Of a stretch of 64,000 nucleotides of DNA, positions 12,641 to 26,312 are shown one piece after another; the stretch's first letter is position 1, and every line of letters starts with the position of its first letter. Source of the stretch: Phoronis australis (lineage: Eukaryota > Animalia > Phoronida); NCBI GenBank assembly GCA_002633005.1, contig NMRA01000239.1:548502-612501 (forward strand), read 5' to 3'. Position numbers and translations under genes: made by a program. The notes beneath the pieces were generated by a model. It did no database searches. It was given only the letters and a program-made list of their open reading frames with translations, and had not been told where the DNA came from.

Positions 12641-14307
12641 TGTTTTTCTACGAATCTGAAAACAGTTATGTCGACCTTTGTGAATCTGACTACCGCTTTA
12701 CCACGTACCTATTGCCAAACAATAACGCCTTCAAGTTTCAACCTTTAAATATTTTGCTCCTTAGCAGTCAGCTTTATTCAATTCTGTTTCTTGCCCGTCT
12801 CTTTTCCCGATTCTAGCAAATACTATAATAGCATTTCACTTCCGTTTAGGCAGCATACATTTCATAAAAAGGAAAGCCCCTCTCAGACGAGAACCTCTCT
12901 TGTAGGGATGCCAAGGGCAACTTACTGATCTGGGCCGCTGCAGCTATTCACAAGGGCAACTTGCCAAAATTCTACAGTATATTAGTCATGAAAACCACCG
13001 AATATGTTAATGTGAAACAAAGCAACATCACGACTTGTGGCCTAAGCTACGAAAAAAACATGAGATTGTATTAAAAAACAAAAATAAACAACAATGGCAT
13101 TGACCTAAATCGAAAGAACTTCAAGATCACTCTTTATGAATTACATTGTACACAAAGGAAATATTCTCCATGCTCAAACAACAGTAAAAGTTTAGTGTTG
13201 ATCCGTCTTTTCTAAAGACCTGTATGGTGTATCTTTTGACGACCGGTATTAGGAAAGCACTATTGACGAGAAGGGAGATGTTTATACGAAACTCTCTCGG
13301 TTATGAATATGATATTTGATGATCGCGTAGAATGCAAACCTTTTAATGGATTTTCACAAGGTGTATGGTAATGGCAATGACAGATTTCCGGTGTAGTTTA
13401 TCTTTTAAGGATTTGATGATGATTTAGTGAGCTTTGATACTATGAAATTCGGTAACACCTCTACCATGGGACATACTTCAAAGAAGGGTGCACCAAGTGG
13501 TATCTTCCTATAGGATATAATCTTCTAAAATTAATGAATTTCTTCCGTTAGGCAGTATACAAGAGACTCCGGAGCCCCCGCCCCCTTTCAAAGTTTACCC
13601 ACCCCTTCAAAGCATGATCATATAACTAAAGTGAAGTACCCCCAAATTCGGCAGTATTACAGCCAACCTTCACCTTTGGTAATATACAAACAAGTCCTAG
13701 TACGGTACACATAATTGCTACACATAAGACATGTGCTTGATTTTTCATGAAAGCATGAAAACATTTGTGTTTAACATGTGTACAAGCAAACAGGAGTTTA
13801 AAGGCACTATTTAAATCCTGTACGAATTCAGTGAGCAGGTATAAAGCACGTTGCAGGTTTAGCAAATATGCGACTCGAAACCAGCAGTTGTCACCAAAGT
13901 TAAATTCTGAAATTATAAACCAGAAGAGATATGGTACCAGCCTATGGTCACTACAGTTAGGCAAATTGTTTAATGCACCGTGATTACTTATTCCAGATCT
14001 TGAGCTAGTTTACGGCTTAGTGGCACAATGACGCCATCTCTCCCCTATAACGTTGTTAGCATTGAATAGATTGTCTTGAAACGTTCTCATCGTCGCTTGC
14101 CAAGTTTGATATTAAACCCAACTCAACAGCATTCATAGGTGAAACATTTATTCATATTATACGTTTTTACACTCAAGATATACACATTTTTATGCCGTTA
14201 AAATTGAATTAAATCATCCAGGTAAATTACGTGCGCAAATTTAAAAACGAATCTCCAGGAAAAAAATCGCTGTAACTTTCTCCCGGTGAAGTAGAAGAGT
14301 ATGGAAT

Positions 14308-14793
14308 TCTGTCAGTAGGTAACGCTGGCGGGCTTTACGCGTGAGCGCTATGCATGGTTTACACGTTTACGCGCTAGGCAACTTTTAAATTGATACGACT
14401 TCCGATTCCCGAGCCAACGAACCGAGGCAGTACATAAGGTGATGTCAACGATCGCGTAACTAATACCGCAACGACCTCTCCACTAGCGTGTACAATTCAG
14501 ACTTGTACACGAGAATGGCTGGCAGGCGGCGAATTGGCGACATTTTGAGTGAACTGCTGAGGCTTCACGTCCACAACTGCCGGCCATATCTTTTTGTAAT
14601 ACGGACTGTCATTCGGCAGGCACTTCATGTCAATCATATGACTTTGAGCCACGGTTGGACTAAAATGCGTTCAGCGGTCGTGTTAACTCGTCTTCGCAGC
14701 GCATTAACCCGTTAAAAAATAGATTAACGTGTAAAAGAGTCAACGCGAAAGCGTTGGCGTGTAAAGCCCGCACGTGCTACCTATACTGACAGA
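14308..14793. mobile_element. MITE in the probable NR2E 3' UTR
   Basis: Imperfect ~40-bp TIRs TCTGTCAGTAGGTAACGCTGGCGGGCTTTACGC / GCGTGTAAAGCCCGCACGTGCTACCTATACTGACAGA. Confidence 0.75.
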
Positions 14794-15496
14794 CTTGGAA
14801 TACCATAGAAGCGTGAGTCCCGCAGGTTCAGTTTCCTGTCAGCATGTATTTGATTAACATACGACCTCGTTAAATAACGAAATACACAGGTGCATGCTTC
14901 CTTAAAAAACGTGGTCGAATACTAAGTTGAAAGGAACAACGAGTCAATTTACGCCGGTGCAAAAAACGCACGTCTTGGCACCGAAGAGCAGAAGTTTGTG
15001 TGTGAACTCGCCAATGTTTGCACAGGCGTTACTGAGCTGGAACTCATCTGAAACAACGAACGTGTGAGGGCTAGACTGAGAGATCTCGTTCCCACAAGGG
15101 AGACAGAGAGGCTGAACGGCGTTAGCCAAGAATCCTTCTTCAAGTAGATACGACGGTGTGCGATTCAAGTTGCACGACTCATACATGTACGAAAAAGCCG
15201 CGGAGTTGATGTCCAGTAACACTGACAGACGACCGTGCACTTTTGCGGGAAACAGACACTCACCATTCCCTACTAAAGCTGCACTCACACCCAGATCTCT
15301 AAACAGGTCTGCAGCTTTAGGAACATTTTTCAGTCATTTTCCAGGAATTTTGATTTGTAAAATCTGCGTCAATTAGAGTGTTTCATTGACTCCCGTCTGC
15401 ACAATGCAGGCCTACATAACTCGATAAGGATAGTCACCATCCATTGTCGGAGTTATCTCGTACTCGTAAAAGCTGGATCTGTAAACGCGTCATGCG

Positions 15497-18400
15497 CTAA
15501 CTGGATTTAAACATGTCGCACAACAGCCTCTCGATGGGAATGCTTCCTATTGTTCTGCGGAAGAACACGCCCTCTATTGTCCTCGGGCTAATTGTCCTGA
15601 CAGCAGGTAAAATAAGAAGCAGTTTGCCGAATCTGACCTGAAAAAAGAAGAGTACGTTTGTGATACGTGTTGTTAAAGTAACAGGCTTATCTAGATCAGA
15701 ATTTGATAAAATTCTCCTCAAATGTTTAACTTAAGACGACCTTCGGTATCGCGATACGGAGTCTATAATAATTATATGAATTTAAGGACTTCCAAATTTG
15801 CCTTAAACGGTATACGATCACTGCTTGAAGGATTTGTACACCAAAAACAGATTGTTGTGATAAATTGCAGTGCAAACAATATGCCGAAAACACATTTGAA
15901 CACACTGACATACCCTGTACATGTGGGGTGTTCATATATTTTATATGGCTAACCGAGACAGTAACTGTCCGCCAAAATACGAAATTATGCGCTTCAGATC
16001 AACAGAAACGATTCGTGATAGATTCATTTCTATCATCTCCTAAATGGATTGTGTTTTGCAAATAGCTATAGCAGCACTATACTTGGATTACCTTGTTATT
16101 CTGTTGATGTGTAAACGTGTGTTCGTGCATCATCAACTGCGCTTGATCTTGAAGCGCTTCCACCAACGCCTTATCCCTAAGCCCGCTAACCTCTGAAATA
16201 AAAACGGGTAAACATCGAATATTTTCCGTTGGCTGAACCCACGCATTGGACTGTTGGCGTTACTGGATTTCTCGAACAGCCAAGAGTAGACTACACAGCA
16301 TGCGTACGGCTAAACAGCAAGACGGTTAATAGTGAACCATTTCCAAGTCCCACCATTTTAAATTTCACACTTTTTACACATTTATAAGCGTCATTTCGAA
16401 CAATGGTTTTGAGTGATATAAAATATTGATATGATGTTCTGTTCTGACTTTGAATATATTTCACGTACCTGATTTAAACAACACCAATGCTTTTAGGCAT
16501 GCGTATTCTGTGGAGTCGATCCTCAATGAGTTGATTCTTGTTATTACATCCCGGAACGTCTTCATTTGGCTGATCAAATGTGCTTTAGTTTCAGAGCTGT
16601 CTACGGCACAACTGATTCCCAGTAGAGAATCTGAAAGAACATTATGTTTTAAGTATAAATAATGTCATAATTACGACGGTACTGCCTACTAGATTCAAAA
16701 CGTGCATATGCCCCATGTATTTTTTACAATAGGTGCACAAATTTGATCAGCAAAGAAGTTTTCATATCGTCGAAATGTTATTAAAACGTTAAAATAGTCG
16801 CTATCACACCTCTTGCTTTCTTCAAAAACTCTTCTTTTTTCCATATGTACCTTCAAAAAGCACATTGTTTGCGCATTTTGCAAAAAATCCAATATCATTT
16901 TTCCATTGCTAATCTTTACTGGCGTCGATGAGCTTATCGGTTATGACAAGTTACGTCATTCAAATTTTAACCACCAGAGCCCGTATTTGCTGAACACCCG
17001 TATTCCACTTCCGGAAAATGCGCCCGTTGTTAAAGCGTCCTGTGTCAATTAACACATTTATGTGGATATGATCCAGTTATCCTAAGCAAATTATCTTCCA
17101 CTAAAATTCACCAGACATATACTTACTAATATCTAATGTGAGGTTCCACTGTGCAGCACTCAAGACGAATAATTCACTCCACGATTCTTCCAGCAAGATT
17201 GCCTGATCCCTAAACGGAAGTTGAAGGAATGATGGGATGTTTCTTGCCCACTTAACCGACATGAACAGTAATCTCGCGGCAGTTTCGTAAACATTTTCAG
17301 AGGCGACGTTTGTGTAAACTCGCTGGTCTATCACAAAAGGTGTGGGGATGTGTAGAGGCTGCTGCACTGCTGCGAAATGGGGCGAAACGTGAGACAATGA
17401 TGATTCTATCGGCCTGATGTTTGACAAGGCGTGTATAGCACTCGACGGCGTGTTCGGCGAGGTTCTTGTCGTCGGACTATTTCGACATATACTGGGTGAG
17501 GAGGTAGGTACGTCTTCTGAAAAGAATAGCAGGTAGGTAAACAAAACAAGCAGACCAAACGCCAGCATCCTGCCATACACATATCTTGCAAATTGTTTTG
17601 ACTTAATTCTAAGAAGTTGACGTTTAATTTAGTTTCAGAACAATTCAAATTCGAAGTAAACGCATAAATAAGTTTAGAGCACTGTTAACCACAAGCTCGA
17701 CAACCAGTAGCAGAAAAAAGTGATCATTTTTCCAATTTTTTGAAAAATGTCTAAATTTTCATTATACAGTACAGACTGTTAAATTTGAATCAAAACTTCA
17801 AGAAGAGCAACGAGAATATTGTTAAGTGACATATGTTTAAAAGCAGTTATTTTTTTCTAAAAAAGGTTATTATCTTCAATCGGTCTCGTGTTTTTCCTTA
17901 CTCAGTTTAGGAGTGATCTTCCCGGGCTACAATACGTGTCGAGCGCAACAATATGCTTCGACAGGGACAGCCTTCATGTTACCATACCTTTTTCTGTCTT
18001 CTTATCGGCTTCCTCTCCGACGTCTTCTGTCTCACTTTTCGTGGCGTTTTTGTTCATGTTTTCGCGCCCATTCTCATTGAACGATTCTTTGACACAGCCG
18101 TCGAGACCACTCTCCAGGGGTTTTGTCACGTTTTGTACTTTCTCACATCGGCTCAGTTCGTGAGATCGCCTTAAGTCCGCCACATGAAGTGCTGAGGGGT
18201 GAAATGTATGCACGTACTGAAAGCCATACTCTGGCGTTCTGCCTGTGGGTGGACTGTATTGGTGAATCTGTCCGTAATCTATTCTGTAAGATTTTGAACA
18301 TGGTGTTAAAACTGCGCTCTCCCTCTCACGTCGGGACACAGTATAACGACTGATAAATTTGTCCGTAGCAAGTTATATAGCCATAACTTCATCATGTGGT

Positions 18401-21400
18401 AAGAACTATGCAGTGACCGCAGTGAAACACGGTGTAACGGCTGATGCACGGACTTGCCTCTTGTGCCCCTAATTTCGAAAAAAATTATGAAAGACTGTGC
18501 AGGTGTCGACAAAAAACTAAAGGACAAACGGGCGTGGCCTGCCTACACGCTTTTCATGTTGTGTTAATATACCATACGTGGAAAGGTTTCGTCACAAAAA
18601 AATTGATGCAAAATCTCTTTACCTGGATCTGTCGAAGAAACTTGGCAAGGTTTTAAAGTCTGTCGTCTCGGGACTGTCACGTCTGTATTGATAACATCGA
18701 GGGGCCCTCTCGTGTTGAACAGCTGAAATAAAATGACGCGTCATTGTTTTCTATTGCACGGGACACTGAATTTTACGCACCAATTCACAAAACAAAGCTC
18801 ATCTCCTACATATGAAAGCATATTTTGTAAAACTATGCCGGATAATAGAGCTGAATTTTTAGAAGAGTGTATTGAATTTTGGGGAAAAATTAATCTACGG
18901 CTGGCTCAGCTGGTTTTATGAAATCAGGTTGAGGCTTATTGTCAAATATACTTACAACTTGGAGCCAAAAGACAGAAATCCATAGCCTGCTCAGGAGTAG
19001 ACTAAAAGCCAAAACCAAAGGACAAAAACAACTTTTTGTTATAAACTCTTCGAGAAACAAGCTCCTGATCCACGTAGTCCGAAGAAATTCGTGAAATGTT
19101 TGCACCTGCTGGACTACTTTATGTCACCATGTCACAATGACAAAGTCACTTCGCACAAATCTAATCTTTAAACTACGATACAAAATCCAAATTTATATTC
19201 TTGACATTTTTTGTTCTACTTTCTTAGGAACTCTAGCTAACTGTCTACGATTGTGTGGTTGATTAGTCAACAGTTTAGTTTACGCAAATGAGTGCCAAAT
19301 CAATGTTCGTACTCGATGACACCGTAGATTTGAGTTCGAACTAGAGAGTTCTAGATCAAACTCGAACTTATTGCTTTAATGTCAAGGATTAGACCCGGGG
19401 TTTGCACTATATATGTTTGCATGAAAGTACCATTATGTAAAAATTATATTTGCGGCATTGCTACATGTCGCGATTCTCACTAACAACAAAAATGTGCTAA
19501 AGTATGTCCACGTTTGCACTTCAATAACCGTTTGAAGCAAACACGACAGTTGATAAAAAAGTACGTTCCTCAAAACGTGTCTTCCAAATATCACATTATT
19601 ATCCCTGTTATGACAACGATTGTTTTAGTCTGTTAGCAGAAATTCACCCACAACAAACGGAAGCTGGCGAAGAAAGTAATCTTTTATATCGAACACACAA
19701 TTCCAACGCTTCAGACGTTCGCGTCACTGAAGGTGTTTCGGATCAATTAAGCCCGATCGGCGATGTTTACCTGAACGTTCAATAGTTAGATAACGCCATC
19801 ATCAAGGGATTTGGTTTTTAATCGCGCGTGGTATAATTCTTTCGCCAAATACTGCCAGTCGCAAAACTCTCTCCCAGGGCTACTGAACTGAACAGGTGCG
19901 CTGATTTACGGTAAATAGTTTGTCGGGATAATGGCTAGTCGGTTATTACTTGCTCAACCTTGAAATCACAACTGCACACTTTAACTCCGCGGACGGATTT
20001 ACATGTTAGGATTCTGTCACACCTTGCCTGTACTCAGAAAGTACGAAGCCATCTAAAGTCTTGATGGACTTGTGACGTGCCGGAACGGACAACGCCGACA
20101 CATGATTGATACTCCTTTTTAAAAAAAGTAGTCCCAATTTACATTTACATTGACTTATGTTCCTACTGAGTTGTACCCAATTAACCAAAATTTCTGAGAA
20201 TTATTTGGGTGTGATGAGGCCCATAGGAGGGCTTGGTATTTGTTCACGTATTGTCATACTATTAACGCTGCTTGTTTATATGATCAGTCGCGTCGAATAC
20301 GTGAGAAATGAAAATATCTCAACAACTTAAGTAATTTACTTGCAACTCGTAAACTTTCCTCGTTTGCATGCGCTTAATCGCCAGGATTTAAACATTATTG
20401 TCCGTGTATTGTTTTATTATAGCATTACCATTGGGATTTTCATAGATGTCACACAAATCCATTTGAGGTGAAGATCAACATATTTTCTAACACTCCGTAA
20501 CAGTGCGCCAATCTATCATTCAGGTTAAAACAAATGGAATTTGGCACGTTTGCTCGAAAATGTAGAAAGTGTATCAAAATAACTATCAAACGGAGGTCTT
20601 CTGAAAAATCAACGACACGTCCTAATATCCGAGAAAAAAAGTATTTTACATTGACGGCGATGTCATGCTAAAGTCTGTACGTTTGCTTGTTTTTTATTTT
20701 CATGGCGTTTGCTGTAACCCTTTCGCTCGTCTCTCGTGTACATGTACATTTGGAGCATAACAGCCCAATGGCAACTGAAAAGTTCATTTTTCAACTTTCA
20801 GCAGTATTGGAATTCGCGGATTGCAGAATATTTTTTAACATTGGACCTATTGCAACAGTGCCATAATCGTGCATTGTATGCCTTAACAAATTATCTTTCG
20901 ACGCGATAGAAGTCCGTTGCGAAAAATGTAAATATCCCCTAAATGTCCAAATTCGTTTGCTCTGTTGCGTTGGCATGACAACGATCAACTGCCCGCGTTT
21001 CTATACGTTTAGGTTGTGAGACCCAGTATCAAAGTTGGATATTTTTTGAGGACGCGTATGCAAACACGTACTATCAGGGAAAATCACGGAATTACTCTAA
21101 AATACGAATTATTTTGTGTGGAAAGATTCGATACTTTCAAAATTCAATAAAACGTCTATTTTTCATTTAGACATGCACGAGACAATTTTGACACATTGAT
21201 TCTTTTATATTGATTCGATAACACACCACCTCGAAGTGTCACGTGATCACATTCATTGCACAATACGGCACTTCGTTCCCGTTCCGTTATTGATACCCAT
21301 AGAAAAAAGTAAGCCAACAAAGTGCGTAAACGACATTCAGGGATGCGTTGACATCATCTGACTGTTCCCAGCAAGGCGATTAATGAGTAGCCGTGTTAAT

Positions 21401-24400
21401 TAGCACCGCTTCAATGAACTAGTCTGGCGGAATTGTTAACAATTTGCAGTGTGCTAATATTTACCTGTGAATGGAGCAAGAGGGTTTGTAGGACTATCAG
21501 TTTCTGCGACATCTGATCCGACGACCAATTAACTGTCAACTAATTAAACGGATACATTATTCATTGGCACCGGAATTTCAGTGGACTACGCATTCAAATT
21601 ACAATTAATTGAAATAAATGAACTTAGAGTTCATGATACTACAACATGTGGAGTTTTTGTATTGAATGTCATTTATTCGTAATTTCAACTATTATCAATC
21701 AAAACATATGATTACATGCATTTGTGACGGGAAGAGTGTGATAACATATGACGAGAATGATAATTATAATGGTGATGATGATGATGATTCCAGAAAGCCG
21801 CGCTAGAAAGGATTATACATGTACCTGATGACGATAATGACGATGATGACGACGGCGATGATGGTGGTGGTGACCGTGATGATGATGATTAATGATGATG
21901 ATTCTGATGACGGCTTTGAAAATAATAATGAAAAGGGTGATTGCGATGACGACAATGATGATGATGCTGGAGAGAACGATAATAACCATAATAACAATAA
22001 TTCAAAGTGTGCCAAATAGTTTTCCGTAGTTAAGAAATTTTGGGTTTCTATAGAGTCATCCACTCGGATTACTGTAGCAGCGTACTTGTTCTAAACTAGA
22101 AACCAGTTTTGGTTCCTAGTTCTGAAGTACACATTTTGCCAAATTTATTCAGCTTTTATCATTTGCTGCGAACTAGCCTCATAACACTCATACCGGCAAT
22201 GGAACGGAATGGTGTCTGTTCTATTTTGCCATTTTCAAAAAGTTTATACAAGACAAAACGATAAATTTTCGTCGACAGCTCCTTCAGGGTAAACGTCTCT
22301 GTAGTCTTGTGATGACGACGGCTGTGTGTTCATCCAACACAATATTCTTTTTGACTACAAATAAATCTAACTTCAATGATAGCCGCCCATGACCGTTACT
22401 TTAATTTGGGTTGTAAAAAGGACAAGCCTGACTTCTCCAAAATAGTTTGATCATTACATACCCGCTGCATACGACAAAACGTGCGACATTGATGGAGTAT
22501 TGCGCAGAGAGTTAAAGATCATTCGAAAAGTCGATTAAGAAAATGTATTTCTGTCTTCGCAGTTAAGAGGAGGTCGTAATAGCGACCCAGTTTAAAGAAA
22601 GAATTATATTCACTACCCTGGTTTATGACGATTTAATCGATTGTCTCGGTTCAGTCAGTGCAAACTGAAACTCTGAATGCAGCCTCGATATCTGTTAGGT
22701 AACATTGCAAGATACCAAGTCTCCAGGGCCAAGTAAATGTTGTTTTTTGGTTTACAGAGCATACTGACGTGACTCGTTTCAACGCCGTATCACGTAGGAG
22801 GTATCACATTGGTTTCCATTCGCTTTTGCGAGGATGTGCAAACGCATCTAATAATCAGGCGACTGCTCTGCATCATTTCACGTGTTTCAAAAAGTTATCA
22901 AGTCTTCCTCACTCAAAATCAACTCAGCTTTCTCATCATAGGTTGATTTGCTCCATCTCCAACGATCACGATCAGAAAAATACTGGCATTCGGATTTTAG
23001 GGGTTACCACGTTAGGCACCACCGTGTTCTTTCGAAAACTGTAGCAGCTGTCCCAATTGAAACGTTCTAGATCCACGTCAATAGTCATCGACACAATTCT
23101 TTATAGACACATTTCATTTATTTTTTCCTGCATCAGAATTTTTTCTCAGTCACAAATACCAGTTCACATTTAATAAAACTGCGTCGCATGTATTGCGGCT
23201 CGCGAGTGAATCTTTACGGAAGAAAAAATATGTTCACAAGATAAAACACCTCTGCAAATAATTACATGCATTCAGTCAGGACTACAAACATACTTCCATC
23301 CATCAGGGCTTGAATGACTAATGACAAAAAGAGGACAAGGTTCCGGGTGACGTATCGTTTCACAAACAAATAGGCTTTGTGTGATAGAAATATTTTTTGT
23401 GTTGTAAATAAAGCCAAAATAATGATAAAAAGGGACGATAAAAGAGGAAACTAGAAATCAAATAGGATGAACCAAACAAGAGGAAATCCTCTTAAAGAGG
23501 AAAATTCCAAGCTCTGATCCCTTAAAAGCAAACACTTCTCATGCGTTTTAAAAACAATAAGACAGAAAAAAGTACTTACCGTCTTTATTCATCTTGACTT
23601 CAAGACATTTCTTAAACCTGCAAGCTTGACACTGATTTCGACGGGCCACATCGACAACGCAGTTGCTATTTTCTTTGCAAACATAATCCAAATTTCTGAA
23701 ATAAATTCATAACAACGCAATCATTCATACCCGTTCACAATGAATTGAGTACATGTAAATTGCAATTTACTACATGTATAAGAAACGTCGCATACGTATT
23801 AATTTTTGTTCTTGATAAAACCTGACAAAAGCAATCGAGTTTGTGGCAAAACGTGCAGTTTTTCACTTTTTCAAACGCGTTAACCTTTCACACAGTCTTA
23901 CCGGCGAATACTTCTTTTAAAAAAGCCGCGGCAACCGTCGCAACTTTGCACACCGTAATGTTTGCCGGACGCCTTGTCTCCACACACGTAACACAGAGCA
24001 TCTGGTTTGCGGCTCGGGGAAAGTCCATCTGAAACAACATGAACGATGCATAAATCTTCTCAAATTAAAAAAACAATACTTTTTTCCAGAATGGGAGTGA
24101 ATTCGATTCCTACTGGTCTTGTCACAGTGACTGCCTAAACAAATGAAGGTCCTTCGCAACAGGAAAACGTGCTGTTGTCGCTGTATTAAAATCAATTTCA
24201 CGAGTGGGTGACGGGTGCAATCATTGAAAAAAACAGTCTGGCTCATACCTGCACTTAAACATGTGACTGTTGCTGAGGAAAGATGCCACAACGATACTGG
24301 TTTCACCACAGACTATCTATGGTTACACGTTATCCAGTCGAACACACTTGGGCCCGGCGGAGTCTTAGCTTCTGACTCGAAATGTCACTCGAAGGACATT

Positions 24401-26072
24401 TTCCGGCATTTTACTTGTGTAAGGATACATGTCTATTATTCTATGCTCGAGTAAACTGTCGTTTATTTAAATGAGTTTTTAGTCCAGTGCTCATTAGATG
24501 ATTCCTAGATTCGAGCCACAGATTCGAGTAAAAACTCAAGACGTCGAGTGAAAACTAGAAATTTCGAATTTACACTGGATTTTTAGCCTTAATGATGCGC
24601 TATAGGATGAAAGAGATGTATTCGCGTAAATAATTATCTACTCGAGCATAGATTAATAGACAGTTTTCTTGAGTTCTCACAAAAGAAGAACAGGAAACGC
24701 CAAAAATAATTTCGAGTTCAATTTCGGAGCCCTGGTATTCCGTGAAACATTTTATTCACTCAGGCATGCTTGCGTATTGGAATTTTCCTGGTTGTAAGTC
24801 CGGAAACAAAACTAAGAGTTGAAAATCGCCATCAGTTCTCACTCAGACTTCAATGTCGAAACAATGAATTCAAAGGACCTTTACCACCAGCTCTTGGTTT
24901 GCACTCATGTATACGTTGTTTGTCGGTGCGATGTTCTCATAAGCGTGTCCCCGCTGATCGTCTGAGCTTATAAGTTAGATCACCTGCCACTAAACAATGA
25001 GCGTGATTACCTGGTCGTCAAGCCCGCTCACATAACAAATCAACCATGAGATTCTAACAACTTACCGACGCAGGAAGATAAAACAAAATCGGCTTGACGA
25101 AACAATGGTTGTTTACTACCAAGTCAATCTGTGTCACCGGGGTGTTACGGCTACACGCTACATTAGACCAATGCCTTTTGACTTTGCTAGAACACCTGGG
25201 CGGTGCCCTGCCATGATTACCTGTACATATACTTCTTATTTGCTCATAACTTGAAAATGCCAATAGAGGGTTATGCTAGGAATAGAGGGATCCTATCATC
25301 CAGTTACACGCTGCACCGCAACTGTGCCAACAGTTACTGTACCCTGCCAAATAAGTTTAGCAAGTTCTTCAGAAGAAACTTGCCACAGCCAGTGTGTAGT
25401 TTATAATAGAAAACCCATCTTTTTGGCTATCTGTAGATGCTGCTCTATGTTATTTCAAAACATATCTGCAATTACATTCTGTAAGTTCATTGGTGACGAA
25501 GTTATTTAGATTATCAAAAAAATCAAGAGTTCTGGGTTCTTAAGAAGAATCGTGTTCTTTTCAGCTGTAGTTTAAAGGAGCTGAATTTAAGAAAATTTCC
25601 ACGATTCCTAGTTCTCAAATACAAAAGCATCCCATTCCGAGCGTTTTATAAAATACAACTCTGAACACAGATAATTAAAGGCACGCGGGTTCAATCCGCT
25701 AATTTGTCATCACCCGAGGGTAAATACATTGCATGACGAAGGAATTAGTGTCCCACCTGTATGACTCTCACCCCGTCCTATCGTGCCGCTGTCCAATAAA
25801 TCACTGATAATGAAACCGACCTAAGTCTCACGATAATTGTTATGATAAGAATTTTTTCTACAGACGGTAACGGCTAATCCCCTCTTTCAACACTTAAAGA
25901 ATTGTGAAAAATGTTTCTCTATAACAGATTTGACTCACAAGTGACGAAAAAAGTACCATTCTCAGGTTCGATTAGGTCAAATGACAACATTCCAGTTTTT
26001 GATCATTTTTATCAACTCACCTCGAATTCCTGTCGATAAGCTATGTTCAGGTAACGTCGCAACCATTGTCAT
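15497..26072 (-). CDS. NR2E6: Nuclear receptor subfamily 2 group E, NR2E6 / PNR-like (photoreceptor-specific nuclear receptor-like), 9 exons, ~516 aa
   Basis: All exons are GT-AG and phase-consistent: 26021-26072, 23902-24028, 23580-23695, 18623-18722, 17988-18349, 17127-17516, 16469-16630, 16092-16192, 15497-15637 (1551 nt). [64 protein letters not shown] plus T-box [55 protein letters not shown]...[12 protein letters not shown]...[10 protein letters not shown]...[11 protein letters not shown]. The NR2E assignment is secure; NR2E6 is inferred from the CDGCRG P-box. Confidence 0.93.
21750..22002. repeat. Degenerate (GAT/GAC/AAT)n trinucleotide microsatellite in NR2E intron 3
   Basis: Runs of GATGATGAC, GGTGGT and AATAAC; explains the spurious low-complexity ORFs at 21803-22063. 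Confidence 0.9.
24431..24661. mobile_element. Foldback MITE-like element in NR2E intron 1
   Basis: GTCTATTATTCTATGCTCGAGTA / TACTCGAGCATAGATTAATAGAC inverted repeat with internal ACTCGA/TCGAGT repeats. Confidence 0.7.
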
Positions 26073-26239
26073 CTTCAAGTTTCTTTTGAATAAAGCCTTT
26101 TTGCTGCTCCAATCTCAACGACAAGTTCACAGGCGCGTTTCCACAATTTGTTTTTTGCAACAGACAGAGAGCGTAAGAAATAAATACGTACGGGTCCTCA
26201 CGGTTGTTGAGCTTTCGACTTCTGAGCTAGATCTTGTCT

Positions 26240-26312
26240 CTGAGATATAAGTGCGCAGAAAACGTGTGAAGGACACAGATGTGATGGAATTCTGTTTTCT
26301 GATTGGTCAGCT
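26240..26312 (-). promoter_or_regulatory. Putative NR2E core promoter
   Basis: The minus strand has CTGACCAATCAG (CCAAT box, 26299-26310) followed ~50 bp later by a TATA-like CTTATAT (~26245-26251), about 180 bp upstream of the ATG. Confidence 0.45.

Noticed and set aside
21803-22063. Asp/Asn-rich and Ile/Ser-rich ORFs
   Set aside because: Artefacts of a trinucleotide microsatellite.
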